This document shows, piece after piece, positions 1 to 13,024 of a stretch of 64,000 nucleotides of DNA. This stretch comes from Octopus vulgaris (Eukaryota): contig OX597824.1 of NCBI GenBank assembly GCA_951406725.2, forward strand, positions 75,268,001 through 75,332,000, read 5' to 3'. Made by a program: the position numbers and the translations under genes. The notes under the pieces are model-generated. The model was not told the origin of the DNA. It was given only the letters and a program-made list of their open reading frames with translations, and did no database searches. Every line of letters begins with the position of its first letter. Positions within the stretch are counted from its first letter, which is position 1.

Positions 1-214
1 TCATGGTCTAAGTTAACTTTGTTTTTCATCCTCATCTTTGAGCTCAACAAACATTTCTTTAGAAAAAGCTGATGAAAATACTCAACAGATTTTGCTTCTA
101 AGTTCAAAGATTTTGCAGGTCCCACGTTACTAATGAAAGCCTTCATGCAATGATCAACAATATGATCGCTCTACGCCTGCTCAGCACCCATAAATGACTT
201 TGTTTCCTGATTTG

Positions 215-545
215 CATAGCTCAGTAGTTAGAGCATCGGACTCACACTCATGAGGTAGCAAGTTTGATTCCTGGATCAGGCGGTGTGCGTAGTGTTCTCG
301 AGCAAGACACTTTATTTCATGTTACTCCAGTTCATTCAGCTGTAGAAATGAGTTGCAACATCACTGGTGCCAAGCTGTATCAGCCTTGGCCTTTCCCTTG
401 GATAACATTGGTGACATAGAGAGGGAAGGCTGGTATGCATGGGTGACTGCTGGTCTTCCACAAACAACTTTGCTCGGATTTGTGCCTCAGAGGGAAACTT
501 TCTAGGTACAATCTCATGATCATTTATGACTGAAGGGGTTCTTTT
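215..545 (+). mobile_element. tRNA-derived SINE (diverged)
   Basis: tRNA-like head TAGCTCAGTAGTTAGAGC...GTTTGATTCC. The 3' body recurs at ~40245-40350. Confidence 0.6.
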
Positions 546-621
546 ACAGATGACAATGAAATATCACCAATCATTCACTCAAAGTTCAAGACATATTTAT
601 CTAATTTAATCGCGATTACAT

Positions 622-1680
622 TCATCATCATCATCATCATCGTTTAACGTCCACTTTCCATGCTAGCATGGGTTGGATGATTTGACTGAGGACTGGTGAA
701 CCAGATGGCTGCACCAGACTCCAATCTGATATGGCAGAGTTTCCACAGCTGGATGCCATTCCTAATGCCAACCACTCAGAGAGTATAGTGGGTGCTTTTA
801 CATTCCACCGGCATGAGGGCCAGTCAGGTGGTACTGGCAATGGCCACACACAAATGGTGCTTTTTATGTGCCACATGCACAGGGGCCAGTCCAGATGCAC
901 TGGCAACGACCTCGCTCGAATGCTTTTTTCACGTGCCAGTAAGGCGACACAGGTATTGTTAATAAATGCATTTTGTCTGATGTGCCCACAATTCTTTTAC
1001 CTTGCTGTCTTATTTGCAAGTCCAGCAAATTTAGGAGGAGTGGGTAAATCAATTGCATCAACTCCAGTGTTCAAATGGTATGCAGAAGAAATGTTGTTGA
1101 GCATCTTGTCCAACAAGCTGATGATTCAGCCAGATCAGCATGTTCAACTGTAAGATTGTTAATAATTATTAATATCAAAATCGAATCAAATTTCATGACT
1201 GGCACCCATGCCAACCTCCCTTCATTGGACACTAAACTCTGCTTGCGAAGACCTGTTGGGGCTAGTGAAATCCAACTTGAACCAAACTCGATGACTGACA
1301 CCCGTGCCAGTGGAGTGCTAACAGCTCCATCCGAGCGGGATCACTGCCAGGCTTCCGTGCCAGTGACATGTAAAAAGCACCATTTGAGCATGATCATTAC
1401 CAGCGTTGCCTTACTAGCACTTATGCCGGTGGTATGTGAACAATACATTCGAGTGAGGTCATTGCCAGTGCCGCTGGCCTGACTTCTGTGCCGGTGGCAC
1501 ATGAAAGCACCCACTACATTCTCGGAGTGGTTAGCGTTAGGAAGGGCATCCAGCTGTAGAAACTCTGCCAGATCAGATTGGAGCCTGGCGCAGCCATCTG
1601 GTTCGCCAGTCCTCAGTCAAATTATCCAACCAATGCTAGCATGGAAAGCGGACGTTAAATGATGATGATGATGATGAGTG
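622..1680. mobile_element. Two oppositely oriented copies of the (GAT)n-tailed SINE/RTE-tail repeat family
   Basis: CATCATCGTTTAACGTCC...CTGGATGCC(C)TTCCTAA motif and its reverse complement. Further copies at ~6120-6500, 8143-8305, 14610-15090, 15845-16120, 19905-20145 and 20305-20565. Confidence 0.75.
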
Positions 1681-2029
1681 CAGAAGTGGTTCTGTTGTAA
1701 GTAGCTTGCTTACCAACCACATGGTTCTGGGTTCTGTCCCACTGCATGGCACCTCGGGCAAGTGTCTTCTACTGTAGCCTCAGGCCAACCAAAGCCTTGT
1801 GAGTGGATATGGTAGATGGAAACTGAAAGAAGCCTGTTGTATGGCATTAATCCATCATTCTTGTGTTTGGCCCCAAGGCTATATTTATTTATTGTCATCC
1901 ATCATTTCAAATTAGTGTCATTTACTTTTGTACGTCCACCCTGTATTATTTTGTTTGCCCAAGCCCTAATTCTCTGCAAATTTTGTGGTTGCGGCTGATA
2001 TATGAAGTTCCTAATCTTATCACTAAAGG

Positions 2030-2340
2030 CATGAAACTAAGTGGAGAAGGCTAGCCACTGGATTTGGTTAAAAAGAGACGATGAGCGATGGCTAGAAGTA
2101 TATTGAGTTCATCATAACCAGCTGATCTAGCAAGCGGGGCCTCATATCAGTGAGGGGGGCCGGTGCGCATTGATGCCGTCGAGAGGTAGGCCCCGAAACG
2201 GCGCGCATTCTCCCCTGATGACCCCATACACTTGCTAGCTTCCGATATACGGAGCTTTTAACTGGTAGCACTTGCATGTGCAAGTTGTTTGCAAGATATC
2301 AGTTGATAATTGGAGTATCAGGGTTCTGGTGTCTGTCCAA
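2030..2340 (+). mobile_element. 3' end of an RLE-type (HERO/NeSL-like) non-LTR retrotransposon: ORF C-terminus plus structured 3'UTR
   Basis: 2041-2106 translates VEKASHWIWLKRDDERWLEVY*, matching the AE.AS.W.W.KR terminus of HERO-type LINE ORFs (recalled, not searched). A GC-rich UTR follows. Confidence 0.6.
2175..2225 (+). ncRNA. Permuted hammerhead-like motif in LINE 3'UTR (stem II unclear)
   Basis: GCCGTC|GAGAGG..CCCC GAA ACGGC..TCTCCC CTGATGA. Stem III GCCGT/ACGGC, GUC triplet, stem I 5/6 pairs. Confidence 0.45.
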
Positions 2341-2540
2341 CGTGTACGTTTTGTAGTATTTAATGCATTTTTTCATTATCAGCAAAAGAGACCGATAGAA
2401 TAAGGACTAGGCTTACAAAGAATAAGTCCTGGGGTCGATTTGCTCGACTAAAGACGGTACTCCAGCATAGCCACAGTCAAATGACTGAAACAAGTGAAAC
2501 AAGTAAAAGAGTATATATATATATATATATATATACACAG

Positions 2541-2704
2541 CCGCAGGAGTGGCTGTGTAGTAAGTAGCTTGCTAACCAACCACATGGTTCCAGGTTCAGT
2601 CCCACTGCGTGGCATCTTGGGCAAATGTCTTCTGCTATAGCCCCGGGCCGACCAATGCCTTGTGAGTGGATTTGGTAGACGGAAACTGAAAGAAGCCTGT
2701 CATA

Positions 2705-2755
<51 letters not shown>

Positions 2756-2960
2756 CTGTGTTTGTCCCCCTAGCATTGCTTGACAACCGATGCTGGTGTG
2801 TTTATGTCCCCATTACTTAGCGGTTCGGCAAAAGAGACCGATAGAAGAAGTACTGGGCTTACAAAAAGAATAACTCCCGGGGTCGAGTTGCTCGACTAAA
2901 GGCGGTGCTCCAGCATGGCCGCAGTCAAATGCCTGAAACAAGTAAAAGAGTAAAAAGAGA
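2541..2960 (+). mobile_element. Full-length tRNA-derived SINE with internal (TA)n and GTAAAAGA tail (octopus OK/OR-class-like)
   Basis: Head GGAGTGGCTGTGT..GGTTCAGTCCC, 3' GACTGAAACAAGTAAAAGAG. The most abundant family here, with partial copies at 1680, 2380, 3770, 4220 and 5705. Confidence 0.85.
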
Positions 2961-2961
2961 G

Positions 2962-2992
<31 letters not shown>

Positions 2993-3365
2993 TGTTGTGT
3001 CTGCGGAGAGTCATTTTCTTTTTGTGCTTTATAATATAACACACTTACCAGTAAAATTTCCACTTTTTTCTTATTTATATCATCATCATCATCATCATCG
3101 TTTAACGTCCGTTTTCCGCGCTAGCACGGGTTGGATGACATATACATATATATATATATATATATTTATTGAAGTAGATAAATGAATTATCTTATTACGG
3201 ATAATTCAAATGATAACCGATACCTGGGTAGCAAAAATCACAACAGAAAAAGCACGGTTGAAGTTACGACCATGGGGCAGAAAAACCGTGCCTTAGTGCG
3301 GAAATTTGAAGTTTTATATATTAAGTGTAGGAAAAAATGGAGCTGAACGAAGATTTAACAAAATT

Positions 3366-3449
3366 CCTTCTACATATGTTTTGAAGGCTGCAAAGTCCCT
3401 AATTCGAATTGAATAAGGAGTCCATTTTGCAGCTTTCACTTCAGGAAAA
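3366..3449 (-). ncRNA. Decayed type I hammerhead (Penelope-like element relic, ~3170-3670)
   Basis: TTTTC CTGAAGT [GAAAGCTGCAAA/TTTGCAGCCTTC] AAAAC ATAT GTA GAAGG. Stems retained, two core substitutions. Confidence 0.55.
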
Positions 3450-3679
3450 TCCAGGAACTTAATTCTCCAACAAAATGCACAACAAGCTTTTCGACAAACG
3501 CTCACGAGGAGCCCATGAATTAAATGACACAAACTGTCTATCTATATGCGTTGACGCCAGACTGGGTGAAAGCAGAAGAGATTGTCCGTTGAAATAGTTC
3601 AAGGTCAGAATCTGGTTGGCAGAAGGGGGGTACAGGAAAATCAAAGAGTGTGAATGTATTCTGTATGACTGGTGTTTAT

Positions 3680-3720
<41 letters not shown>

Positions 3721-4043
3721 CTGTGTGTGTGTATGTGTGTGTGTGTGTGTGTGTGTGCGTAAGTGTCGGTGTTTGTTCCAGCTGATGCTGGTGTGTTTAT
3801 ATCCCTGTAACTTAGCAGTTCGGCAAAAGATACCGACAGGATAAGTACTAGGCTTACAAAGAATAAATCCCGGGATTGATTAGTACGACTAAAGGCGGTG
3901 CTCCAGCATGGCCACAGTCAAATGACTGAAACAAATAAAAGAATAAAAGAACATATTATTATAAAGTAGTGTTCCCAAACTCACAAGTTGAGGTATATCT
4001 GTCCTGATGCTTGGAAATTGAAACAAGAGAAATAAATCTAAAG

Positions 4044-4219
4044 AACTTCACTGAATAAACAAAAAATACCAAAGCAGGATGTGTTTCGATGAGAAGTTCT
4101 TTCTAAACTAAGGCAAAAATTTATTTCTCCCAACTTCACTGAATAAACAAAAAATACCAAAGCAGGATGTGTTTCGATGGGAAGTTCTTTCTAAAATAAG
4201 GCAAAAATTTATTTCTCCC
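4044..4219. repeat. 88-bp tandem duplication (2 copies)
   Basis: 4044-4131 and 4132-4219 are near identical. Confidence 0.9.
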
Positions 4220-4541
4220 ACAGATAGAATAAGTACTGGGCTTACAAAAGAATAAGTCCCTGGTCGAGTTGCTCGATTAAAGGCGGTGCTCCAGCATGGC
4301 CGCAGTCAAATGACTGAAACAAGTAAAAGAGTAAAAGAGTAAAAGAGTATGAGTGCATATTTCCTGCTTATGGGCCTCAAACAACAACGGCTTTTGATTC
4401 GCAATTACATATGGTTCAGGACCTGGCTCGAGTTTCAGTTACTTGTGGTACTGTACTTCAAGAGTTGAATGGAGGAGCAATGTATGGAATGGAATCAAAG
4501 ACATTTAAATATAGTGTATCCAAAAATATTACTGTTATTCT

Positions 4542-4927
4542 GACTGGAAGCACTCCGTCGGTTACGACGATGAGGGTTCCGGTTGATCCGATCAACGGAA
4601 CAGCCTGCTCGTGAAATTAACGTGCAAGTGGTTGAGCACTCCACAGACACGTGTACCCTTAATGTAGTTCTCGGGGATATTCAGCGTGACACAGATAGTG
4701 ACAAGGCCGGCCCTTTTGAAATATAGGTACAACAGAAACAAGAAGTAAGAGTGAGAGAAAGTTGTGGTGAAAGAGTACAGCAGGGATCACCACCATCCCT
4801 GCCAGAGCCTCGTGGAACTTAGGTGTTTTCGCTCAATAAACACTCACAACGCCTGGTCTGGGAATCGAAACCGCGATCCTATGACCGCGAGTCCGCTGCC
4901 CTAACCACTGGGCCATTGCGCCTCCAC
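4542..4927 (-). mobile_element. tRNA-derived SINE (GGAGGCGCAATGGCCCAGTGG family) with TSD
   Basis: TSD TACTGTTATTCT at 4530-4541 and 4928-4939. tRNA-like A/B boxes. Confidence 0.9.
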
Positions 4928-5899
4928 TACTGTTATTCTACGGTTTAGGATTATAAATATGGTTTTAGTAATCATCATCATCATCATCAACATCCAATGT
5001 CCCTTTTTCCATACTGGCATAGGTTGGATGGTTTGACAGCAACTGATGAAGTAGAGGACTGTGCTAAGCTCCAGTGTGTGGATGCCCTTCCTAACACTGA
5101 CCACTTCACAGAGTGCACTGGGTGCTCTTTCCATGGCACCAGCATTAGTCAGGTCACCAAGCATTCCAAAGACAAGACCCTATCAACTGAGATGTATTTT
5201 AAAATAAATTAGATAAAATTTAAATATCTTGGCTCAGAGAGTTTTTATAGTGTTGAATCACAAGTGTTAAAGACTTAGAAATGTTTTGAGCTTGAATTGG
5301 GACAAACTATTTTATAGGATCAAAGACATTGCAGAAGATGGAAGATATTATACTGTATGAAAGCAGTTGTACAGTATTGCATAATTTCCAAAGATATTTA
5401 ATGATATTAAATATATATATATTGTATATTGTATCATGTGTGTAATATCAGAGATATTGTACTGAATGAGAACAAATATATTCTAGTGCATGGCATCAAA
5501 GATATTGTACTGATATGAGCAAAAGTATTGTATTCTATGAGAGGAAATCTATTCTGCTGTGCGGTATCAGAGACATTGTATAACATCAAAGACAGTCTTT
5601 TGTATGAGATGATACATACTGCATTGTGTGATATTAGAGATATCACATGAGATCAAAGATATTGAATTGTATGAGATGGAATATATTCTATGGGTACAGA
5701 TATGGGTGTGCAGCGAAGAAATTGTGAAGAAAGGTGTTCTAGGTTCAGTCCCAATGTGAACCACCTTTGGCAAGTGTCTTCTACTATAGCCCCAGGCTGA
5801 CCAAAGCCTTGTGATTCAATTTGGTAGACATAATTAAAAAATCCCATTGCACATTATGTGTGGGTGTGTATGCATATATATACATATATATATATATAT

Positions 5900-6104
5900 A
5901 GTTAATCCAAACAAGAGGGCACAAAAAAACACAACACAAGGACGTGGAACAAATATAGTATTATTGGACGCTCACAAAAGAAGGAAAGAAGGAGGGTTTA
6001 ATGTTACGAGCGGAGCTCTTCGTCGGAAACATAGGAGAAGGAAAGATCCAGAGAAGGGAAGACAGAGGGAAAAAAAATCGCCAACGGTACACAGGCGGTG
6101 ACAC
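5900..6104 (-). mobile_element. Short (TA)n-flanked Penelope-like non-autonomous element with decayed hammerhead (5962-6031)
   Basis: Homologous to 33315-33520 and 63755-63930. Core reads CCGACGA..GTAAC. Confidence 0.65.
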
Positions 6105-6498
6105 TTTATATATATATATGTCACGGATGCAAAGTGGCTGTGTTCCTTTCGAGCATTGGGCCTCATGGAGGAAAGTGGTTGAGTTCCTTTTGAGGGTTGG
6201 GCCTCATGGAGGCAATGACTGAGAGTTTTGGAATTATGTTGTGCTTGAGAAGAAGACCCATCAAGCCAAGCAAAATTGCAGTCATGGCAGATACTATTGT
6301 TATGCAAATTGGCACCTATGCCAGTGGCACATAAAAAGCACCCATTACACTCTTGGAGTGGTTGGCATTAGGAAGGGCATCCAGCCATAGAAAATCATGC
6401 CAAATCAGACTGGAGTCTGGTGCAACCTTCCAACTTACCAGCCCCAGTCAAACCATGCAACTCATGCCAACATGGACAACAGACATTAAATGATCATG

Positions 6499-6581
<83 letters not shown>

Positions 6582-6974
6582 CACCATCATCATCATTTAG
6601 CATCCATCTGTGGCATGGGTTGGACTGTTTGACAGGAGCTGGCCAGGTTGTAGACTATACCAGGCTACTGTGTCTGTTTTAGCATGTTTTTTTATGGCTG
6701 GATGCCCTTCCTAACACCAATCACCCTGCAGAGTTGACCGAATGTAGAGATCAGTTTTGGCATGGGTTTTACAGCTGGCAGGATCATCAAACAACTTGCA
6801 AGACGAAGAATTTTTGAGAGGGAAAGAGGCATTGGGGATGGTGATCTTGTGTCAGATGATGTAAATTTAGAGTATGGCAGAGAGACAGAGAGGCAGAAAG
6901 AGGTGTCTTGCTATAGAAGAGATACATGGTTGCCTAGCCACAGAAAGAGAGAGAAGGTTCAATGCCTATCTTAT

Positions 6975-7205
6975 TTTTTTATTGCCCACAAGGAGCTAAA
7001 CATAGCGGGGACAAACAAGGACAGACAAATGGATTTAGTCAATTACATCGACCCCCAGTGCGTAACTGGTACTTAATTTATCGACCCCGAAAGGATGAAA
7101 GGCAAAGTCAACCTCGGCGGAATTTGAACTCAGAATATAACGGCAGACGAAATACCGCTAAGTATTTCGCCCGGCGTGCTAATGTTTCTACCAGCTTGCC
7201 GCCTT
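6975..7205 (-). mobile_element. tRNA-derived SINE (GGCGGCGAGCTGGCAGAA family)
   Basis: Shares GCCTTTCATCCTTTCGGGGTCGAT core with copies at ~13958, 17026, 38164, 44428, 50860 and 58525. Confidence 0.8.
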
Positions 7206-8822
7206 CTTCTAACGTTTCTACCAGCTCGCCACCTTCCTATTGCTGCCAATGCTTATCTATCAATAGCAAAGGTCTTCAGAAATTCCAGATTGGTGTCCGG
7301 CATGCTAGAAGACCACAAGAAGTGAGGCATCACTTAGATTTTGTTAAAGCAAGTCTCTAGGAAAAGTTCATTCTGATATAAAACCAGATATGCAGGAAAT
7401 GGTATTGAACATTTTGAAGATCTTTTGCATGTACTTGAGATCATGATGCTCTCATATTCCCAAACCTGTGATCCGTATTGGCACTGGATATCTCACTCTA
7501 GTTTGTCTCTGGATCATGTCAATAGGGTGGGGAGGGTCCATGAGGTGCTGTGCAAGCTCAATTGGACCTAAAATTTTAGGCTGTGCAGTAGCTAGCAAGG
7601 CGAGTATCTGATGCCTGGTTGAGTAGGAGGCACCTTGGTAAGCATGGAAGCAATGAACACAGACCCAGGAGAAGCCAACTGCCGGTGCGATAACCTCATG
7701 CATGGGCATTGCTGACATTTGGCATGAGCAATGGTCAGTGATGGTCTTCCTTGGTCACGACTGGGCAGCCATCATCATATACATACATATGTGTGTGTGT
7801 ATGTATGTACATATATATGTGTGTGTATATGATGTTGGTGATGATGACAATGATGGTAATGATTGCTACAAGAAATTATTATATGACATTAAAGATATTC
7901 TATTTTGTGATATCAGAGATATTCTGTTATTGCATATGATATCAAAGATATCGAGATTAAAGATATTGTGTTGTGTGACATGAGAGATAATTCATTGTTT
8001 AAGATCCAAATGTTTCTATTGTATAACCATAGTAGCCCTGCCTACAAATCCTTTTGTATAGGATTGAAGTAATAATAACATATATGGAGCTGAATGTAAT
8101 AAGACATAATATCAAATACATTATAATATATTGGATCAAATATCATCATCATCATCATTGTTTAACGTCTGCTTTCCATGCTGGCATGGGTTGAACGGTT
8201 TGACTGGGGACTGGTGAACCAGATGGCTGCACAAGGCTCCAATCTGATATGGCAGAGTTTCTACAGCTGGATGCCCTTCCTACTGCCAACCACTCTGAGT
8301 GTGTAGTATATTATGTGATATTCTGATGTGTGAAATAAAATATTATATGTGGGATCAATTATATTATATGGGATTAAAGGTAGGATCAAATATTTAATAA
8401 TACGAGATCAAATATTGATAAGAAATGGGATCAGATGCAGTATATTATATAGGATCAAGATATGGGATCAGGTACATATAATATATATACTCAAAGATAT
8501 TACACTTGGGATTAATCATACCATAAATACCAGATGTCTCTGAATACCTGATGAGACAGATGTGTCCAATGTTTACCCTTTAACATTCAGATCACTCTGT
8601 CCAATGTAATGCTTATTTATTCCCATCTTTATTCCCATGTCTATAAACAGCATGTGAAGTGAAGATTTGGTGCAAATGTTTGATAACAGCTGAGAGATTC
8701 TTGCACACAGCAAGATGTTCCCCACTGAACACCAGATTCTTGCATACAGCACGATGTTCCCCACTGCCCACCAGACTACTAGTGGTCAGTGGGGAACATT
8801 TTGCTATGTGCAACACTAAATA

Positions 8823-9356
8823 TTAGGTTGTCCGGAAACTTCATGCCGATTTTTAGGGGAAAGAAAAAGGTCAATAAATACTTGCCATTACATTTTTAAT
8901 CAACCAAATATGAACCATTTTGTGGCACAATGCGTCTACATCTTTCCTTTAACTTGAAAATACCCTCTTCTCAGAATTGAGGTGGTTTCATGGCAAAGAA
9001 TTCATCGAGGTATCTTTTTACATCATCCAAGGAATTGAACTGAATAAGTGGAAATCCCAAGGAGCAATATCTGGTGAATATGGATGGTGGGGTAACACAT
9101 CCCAGTCGAGCTGCAGCAATTTTTGTCTGGTTCCCAAAGCATCAAGGGCCGAAAACGAACTTTCTTATCTTCCAATTGAAAGGGTTTCACAATTAACACA
9201 GTTATAGGAACATAAACCTTCTTCCACGAAAAGATAGCTTAAACTGTGCTCTAAATGGAGGTGTAGTAAAATCCTATTTTATGGACTCAACCATGTTCTA
9301 AAATAAGTCGAAAGGTAAGCTACTATAAATCGGCATGAACTTTCTGGGCAACCTAA
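8823..9356 (-). mobile_element. Internally deleted mariner transposon
   Basis: TIRs TTAGGTTG(T/C)CC..TTCATGCCGATTT flanked by TA. Minus strand encodes HPYSPDIAPWDFHLF (YSPDLAP motif). Confidence 0.9.
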
Positions 9357-9418
9357 TAGTTTGGTGATCAGGTGTTAAGTGTTACCCCTGTAAATGCAAC
9401 TAAGGTCTATTCATTGAT

Positions 9419-9807
9419 GTGGAGGCGCAATGGCCCAGTGGTTAGGGCAGCGGACTCGCGGTCATAGGATCGCGGTTTCGATTCCCAGACCGGGCGTTGT
9501 GAGTGTTTATTGAGCGAAAACACCTAAAAGCTCCACAAGGCTCCGGCAGGGGATGGTGGTGATCCCTGCTGTACTCTTTCACCACAACTTTCTCTCACTC
9601 TTACTTCCTGTTTCTGTTGTACCTGTATTTCAAGGGGCCGGCCTTGTCACTCTCTGTGTCACGCTGAATATCCCCGAGAACTACGTTAAGGGTGCACGTG
9701 CCTGTGGAGTGCTCAGCCACTTACACGTTAATTTCGCGAGCAGGCTGTGCCGTTGATTCGGATCAATCGGAACCCTTATAGTTGTAACCGACGGAGTGCT
9801 TCCTCCC
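9419..9807 (+). mobile_element. tRNA-derived SINE (GGAGGCGCAATGG family) with TSD
   Basis: TSD CTATTCATTGAT at 9407-9418 and 9808-9819. Confidence 0.9.
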
Positions 9808-9902
9808 CTATTCATTGATATACTGTCCTTAATGCATTTTTCCTTTTGCAGCTGGACATCTTTCTGTTACAAATCACTTTATCCTTTACTTTTTATCTTT
9901 TA

Positions 9903-10293
9903 CTAGCAGTATCGCCCGGCGTTGCTCGGGTTTGTTTTGACCCTTTAGAATTGGAATTTTTGAAAAGTAAAAATTTTGCATTATGTAGCTTGTTATTCTC
10001 TTTAAGTGAACATTTTTCTGGTTGAACACACCGAAAAGTGGTGACACAGCAATCAAAAAATCGTACAAAATAGGGATTTTCATAGAAAAAAAGCACCTTT
10101 TTGATGTAAATAATTTTTGGTTTTAACATGGTCCGATTTGAATTTTATCTTCTACGGAAGGAAGAGCAACCCTTCTTCTATCATACTCTCAATTTTGGTC
10201 AACTTGCGCCGCAGGGTCTTGGAGGAGATAGTGTTAGTTGAAAGCTACCAAACCTGCCATACACAGACAACTTCATCTTTATATATATAGAGA
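9903..10293 (-). mobile_element. Non-autonomous Helitron
   Basis: 5' TC start, 3' hairpin CCCGAGCAACGCCGGG then CTAG. Inserted between A and T, inside a SINE tail. Confidence 0.8.
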
Positions 10294-10552
10294 TTTGTTT
10301 CAGTTATCAGACTGTGGCCATGCTGGGGTACTGCCTTGAAAAATCTTTAGTCAAATGAATTAACCCCAGTGACATTTTTTTATATTTAAAGCTAGATACT
10401 TATTATTGGTCTCCTTAGTCAAACTGCAAAGTGGTGGGGATGTAAACAAACCAACGCCGGTTATCAAGCGTAGTGGTGGACAAACACAGACACCAAAACA
10501 CACACACACATAAATATATATATATACATAGATCTACATACATACATATATA

Positions 10553-10757
10553 TTGGGTCATCCCATAAATAAAGCGGTTTTTTTCAAGTGCATGAACTAA
10601 AAGTTGGTGGGGTATGGAATAATCTACCTGCATTAACTTGCTATAAGAGCAGGTAGTAATTTTACCTTGTTTTTATTCTTAGAGCAAGTTTTAACGAGTG
10701 CAGTTCGATTTTAACAGTTATTTTTTCAAAGGTATAATGGAAGTGGCAAAGGAGCCT
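10553..10757 (+). mobile_element. Truncated mariner left end
   Basis: TA-TTGGGTCATCCCATAAATAA..CGG TIR-like start. No matching right end seen. Confidence 0.45.
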
Positions 10758-10764
10758 ATATATA

Positions 10765-11099
10765 TACTCTTTTACTTGTTTCAGTCATTTGACTGCGGCC
10801 ATGCTGGAGCACTGCCTTTAGTACTTATTCTATCGGTATCTTTTTGCCGAACCGCTAGGTGACGGGGACATAAACAAACCAGCATCGGTTGTCAAGCAAT
10901 GCTAGGGGGACAAACACAGACACATAAACATATACACATACACACATATATATATACATATATACGACAGGCTTCTTTCAGTTTCCGTCTACCAAATCCA
11001 CTCACAAGGCATTGGTCGGCCTGGGGCTATAGCAGAAGACACTTGCCCAAGATGCCACGCAGTGGGACTGAATCCGGAACCATGTGGTTGGTTAGCAAG

Positions 11100-11153
<54 letters not shown>

Positions 11154-11371
11154 TCTTTCACTCTTTTACTTGTCTCAGTCATTTGGCTACAGCCATGCTG
11201 GAGCACTGCCTTTAGTCGAGCAAATCAGCTCCAGGACTTATTCTTTGTAAGCCTAGTACTTATTCTATCAGTCTCTTTTGCCGAACTGCTACGGGGCCGC
11301 AAACACACCAGCATCAGTTGTCAAGCGATGTTGGGGGGGGGGGGACAAACACACAAACATATACACACACC

Positions 11372-11442
<71 letters not shown>

Positions 11443-11603
11443 GACGGGCTTCTTTCAGTTTCTGTCTACCAAATCCACTCACAAGGCTTTGGTCGACCCA
11501 AGGCTATAGTTGAAGACACTTGCCCAAGGTGTCATGCAGTGGGACTGAACCCAGAACCATGTGGTTGGTGAGCAAGCTACTTACCACACAGCCACTCCTT
11601 GCA

Positions 11604-11685
<82 letters not shown>

Positions 11686-11830
11686 GTTTCTTTCAGTTTC
11701 CGTCTACCAAGACCTTGGTTGGCCCAAGGCTATAGTAGAAGACACTTGGCCCAAGATGCCATGTGGTAGGACTGAACCTGGAACCATGTGGTTGAGAAGT
11801 AAGCATGTTACCACACAGATATACCTGTGC
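10765..11830 (-). mobile_element. Cluster of three GTAAAAGA-tailed SINE copies separated by microsatellites
   Basis: Reverse complements of 2541-2960. Confidence 0.85.
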
Positions 11831-12340
11831 CTGCATTTTTACTACATTTTAATATGATATTATGGCATATAAACTTCCGACAGAAGAAAATGGGTATTAG
11901 CACACGTGGAAATCAAACTGCTATGAAATCATAGTTCATAAATTTAACAGAAAAAAGTGGATGTTTATGTTGATGTAAACGATTAGCACACTTATTTTGA
12001 AAGTAAGAGGTATGGGTTCAATCCCCACTAGCACTAATGTCCTTTTTTTTTAATTTTATATCAGGGCCTTACTTACCCAAATATTTTGCTATTTTCTATA
12101 GTCAATATGCAGTGAAAGCTTATAATTATATTTACAAAATTTTCACTTGTTGCCATTTCTTAACTTACAAGAATACACATGTCCATAGATACATACAAAC
12201 AAATATATGCATATAAGTGTGTGTGTTTATATATATATATATAAATATATATAAATATACGTAATATATATATATACATTGATTCATACATATATATATA
12301 TATAATAAAATATTAGGGAATAAATCCAAACTTACAGGGA

Positions 12341-12388
<48 letters not shown>

Positions 12389-12961
12389 CCACTACACTAT
12401 ATATATACATATATATACGTATATATGTATATATATATATATGGATATATACATGGATATATATATCTATGTATATAAGTATATATGTATACATATGTGC
12501 AAAGACGCATGGCCTAGTGGCTAGGGTGTTGTACTTATGATCATGCGATCGTGATTTCAATTCCAAGACTGGGTGGTGTGTTGTGCTCTTGAGCAAAACA
12601 TTTCATTTGATGTTGCTCTGCAAACAATTTGACACCTGACATGTGGTACACTGTGCACCTGTTCAGACAGACAATGTAAAGCTTGATGGAGTAAGTGAGC
12701 TAATGTATGGCAAGAACATTTCACTATAAACAAATTATTTGTGCAGGTGCAGGTCATTCAGGTGCAGAGTCCCAGAGTCCATCATATATATATGTGTGAG
12801 TATGTATATGTGTGTCTCATTACCCATCAAGTACTAGAGTCACTTTAACCAATAATACCCTCCCAAGCCCAAAATTTGTGATTCTGGGCCTGTTAGAAAT
12901 CATTATTGTTGCTGCTGCTGCTGTTGCTGTTGTTGTTGTTGTTGTTGTTATTATTATTATA

Positions 12962-13024
<63 letters not shown>

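Noticed and set aside
7250-7770. Possible Tx1/L1 endonuclease relic
   Set aside because: Only a weak SINSKGL resemblance; too degraded to support.
8548-8572. CTGATGA-GACA/TGTC hairpin resembling a hammerhead
   Set aside because: Followed by CAAT rather than GAAA, with no stem III or NUH; probably chance.
9421-9495. tRNA gene
   Set aside because: tRNA-like head is continuous with a SINE body and TSDs; no proper acceptor stem.
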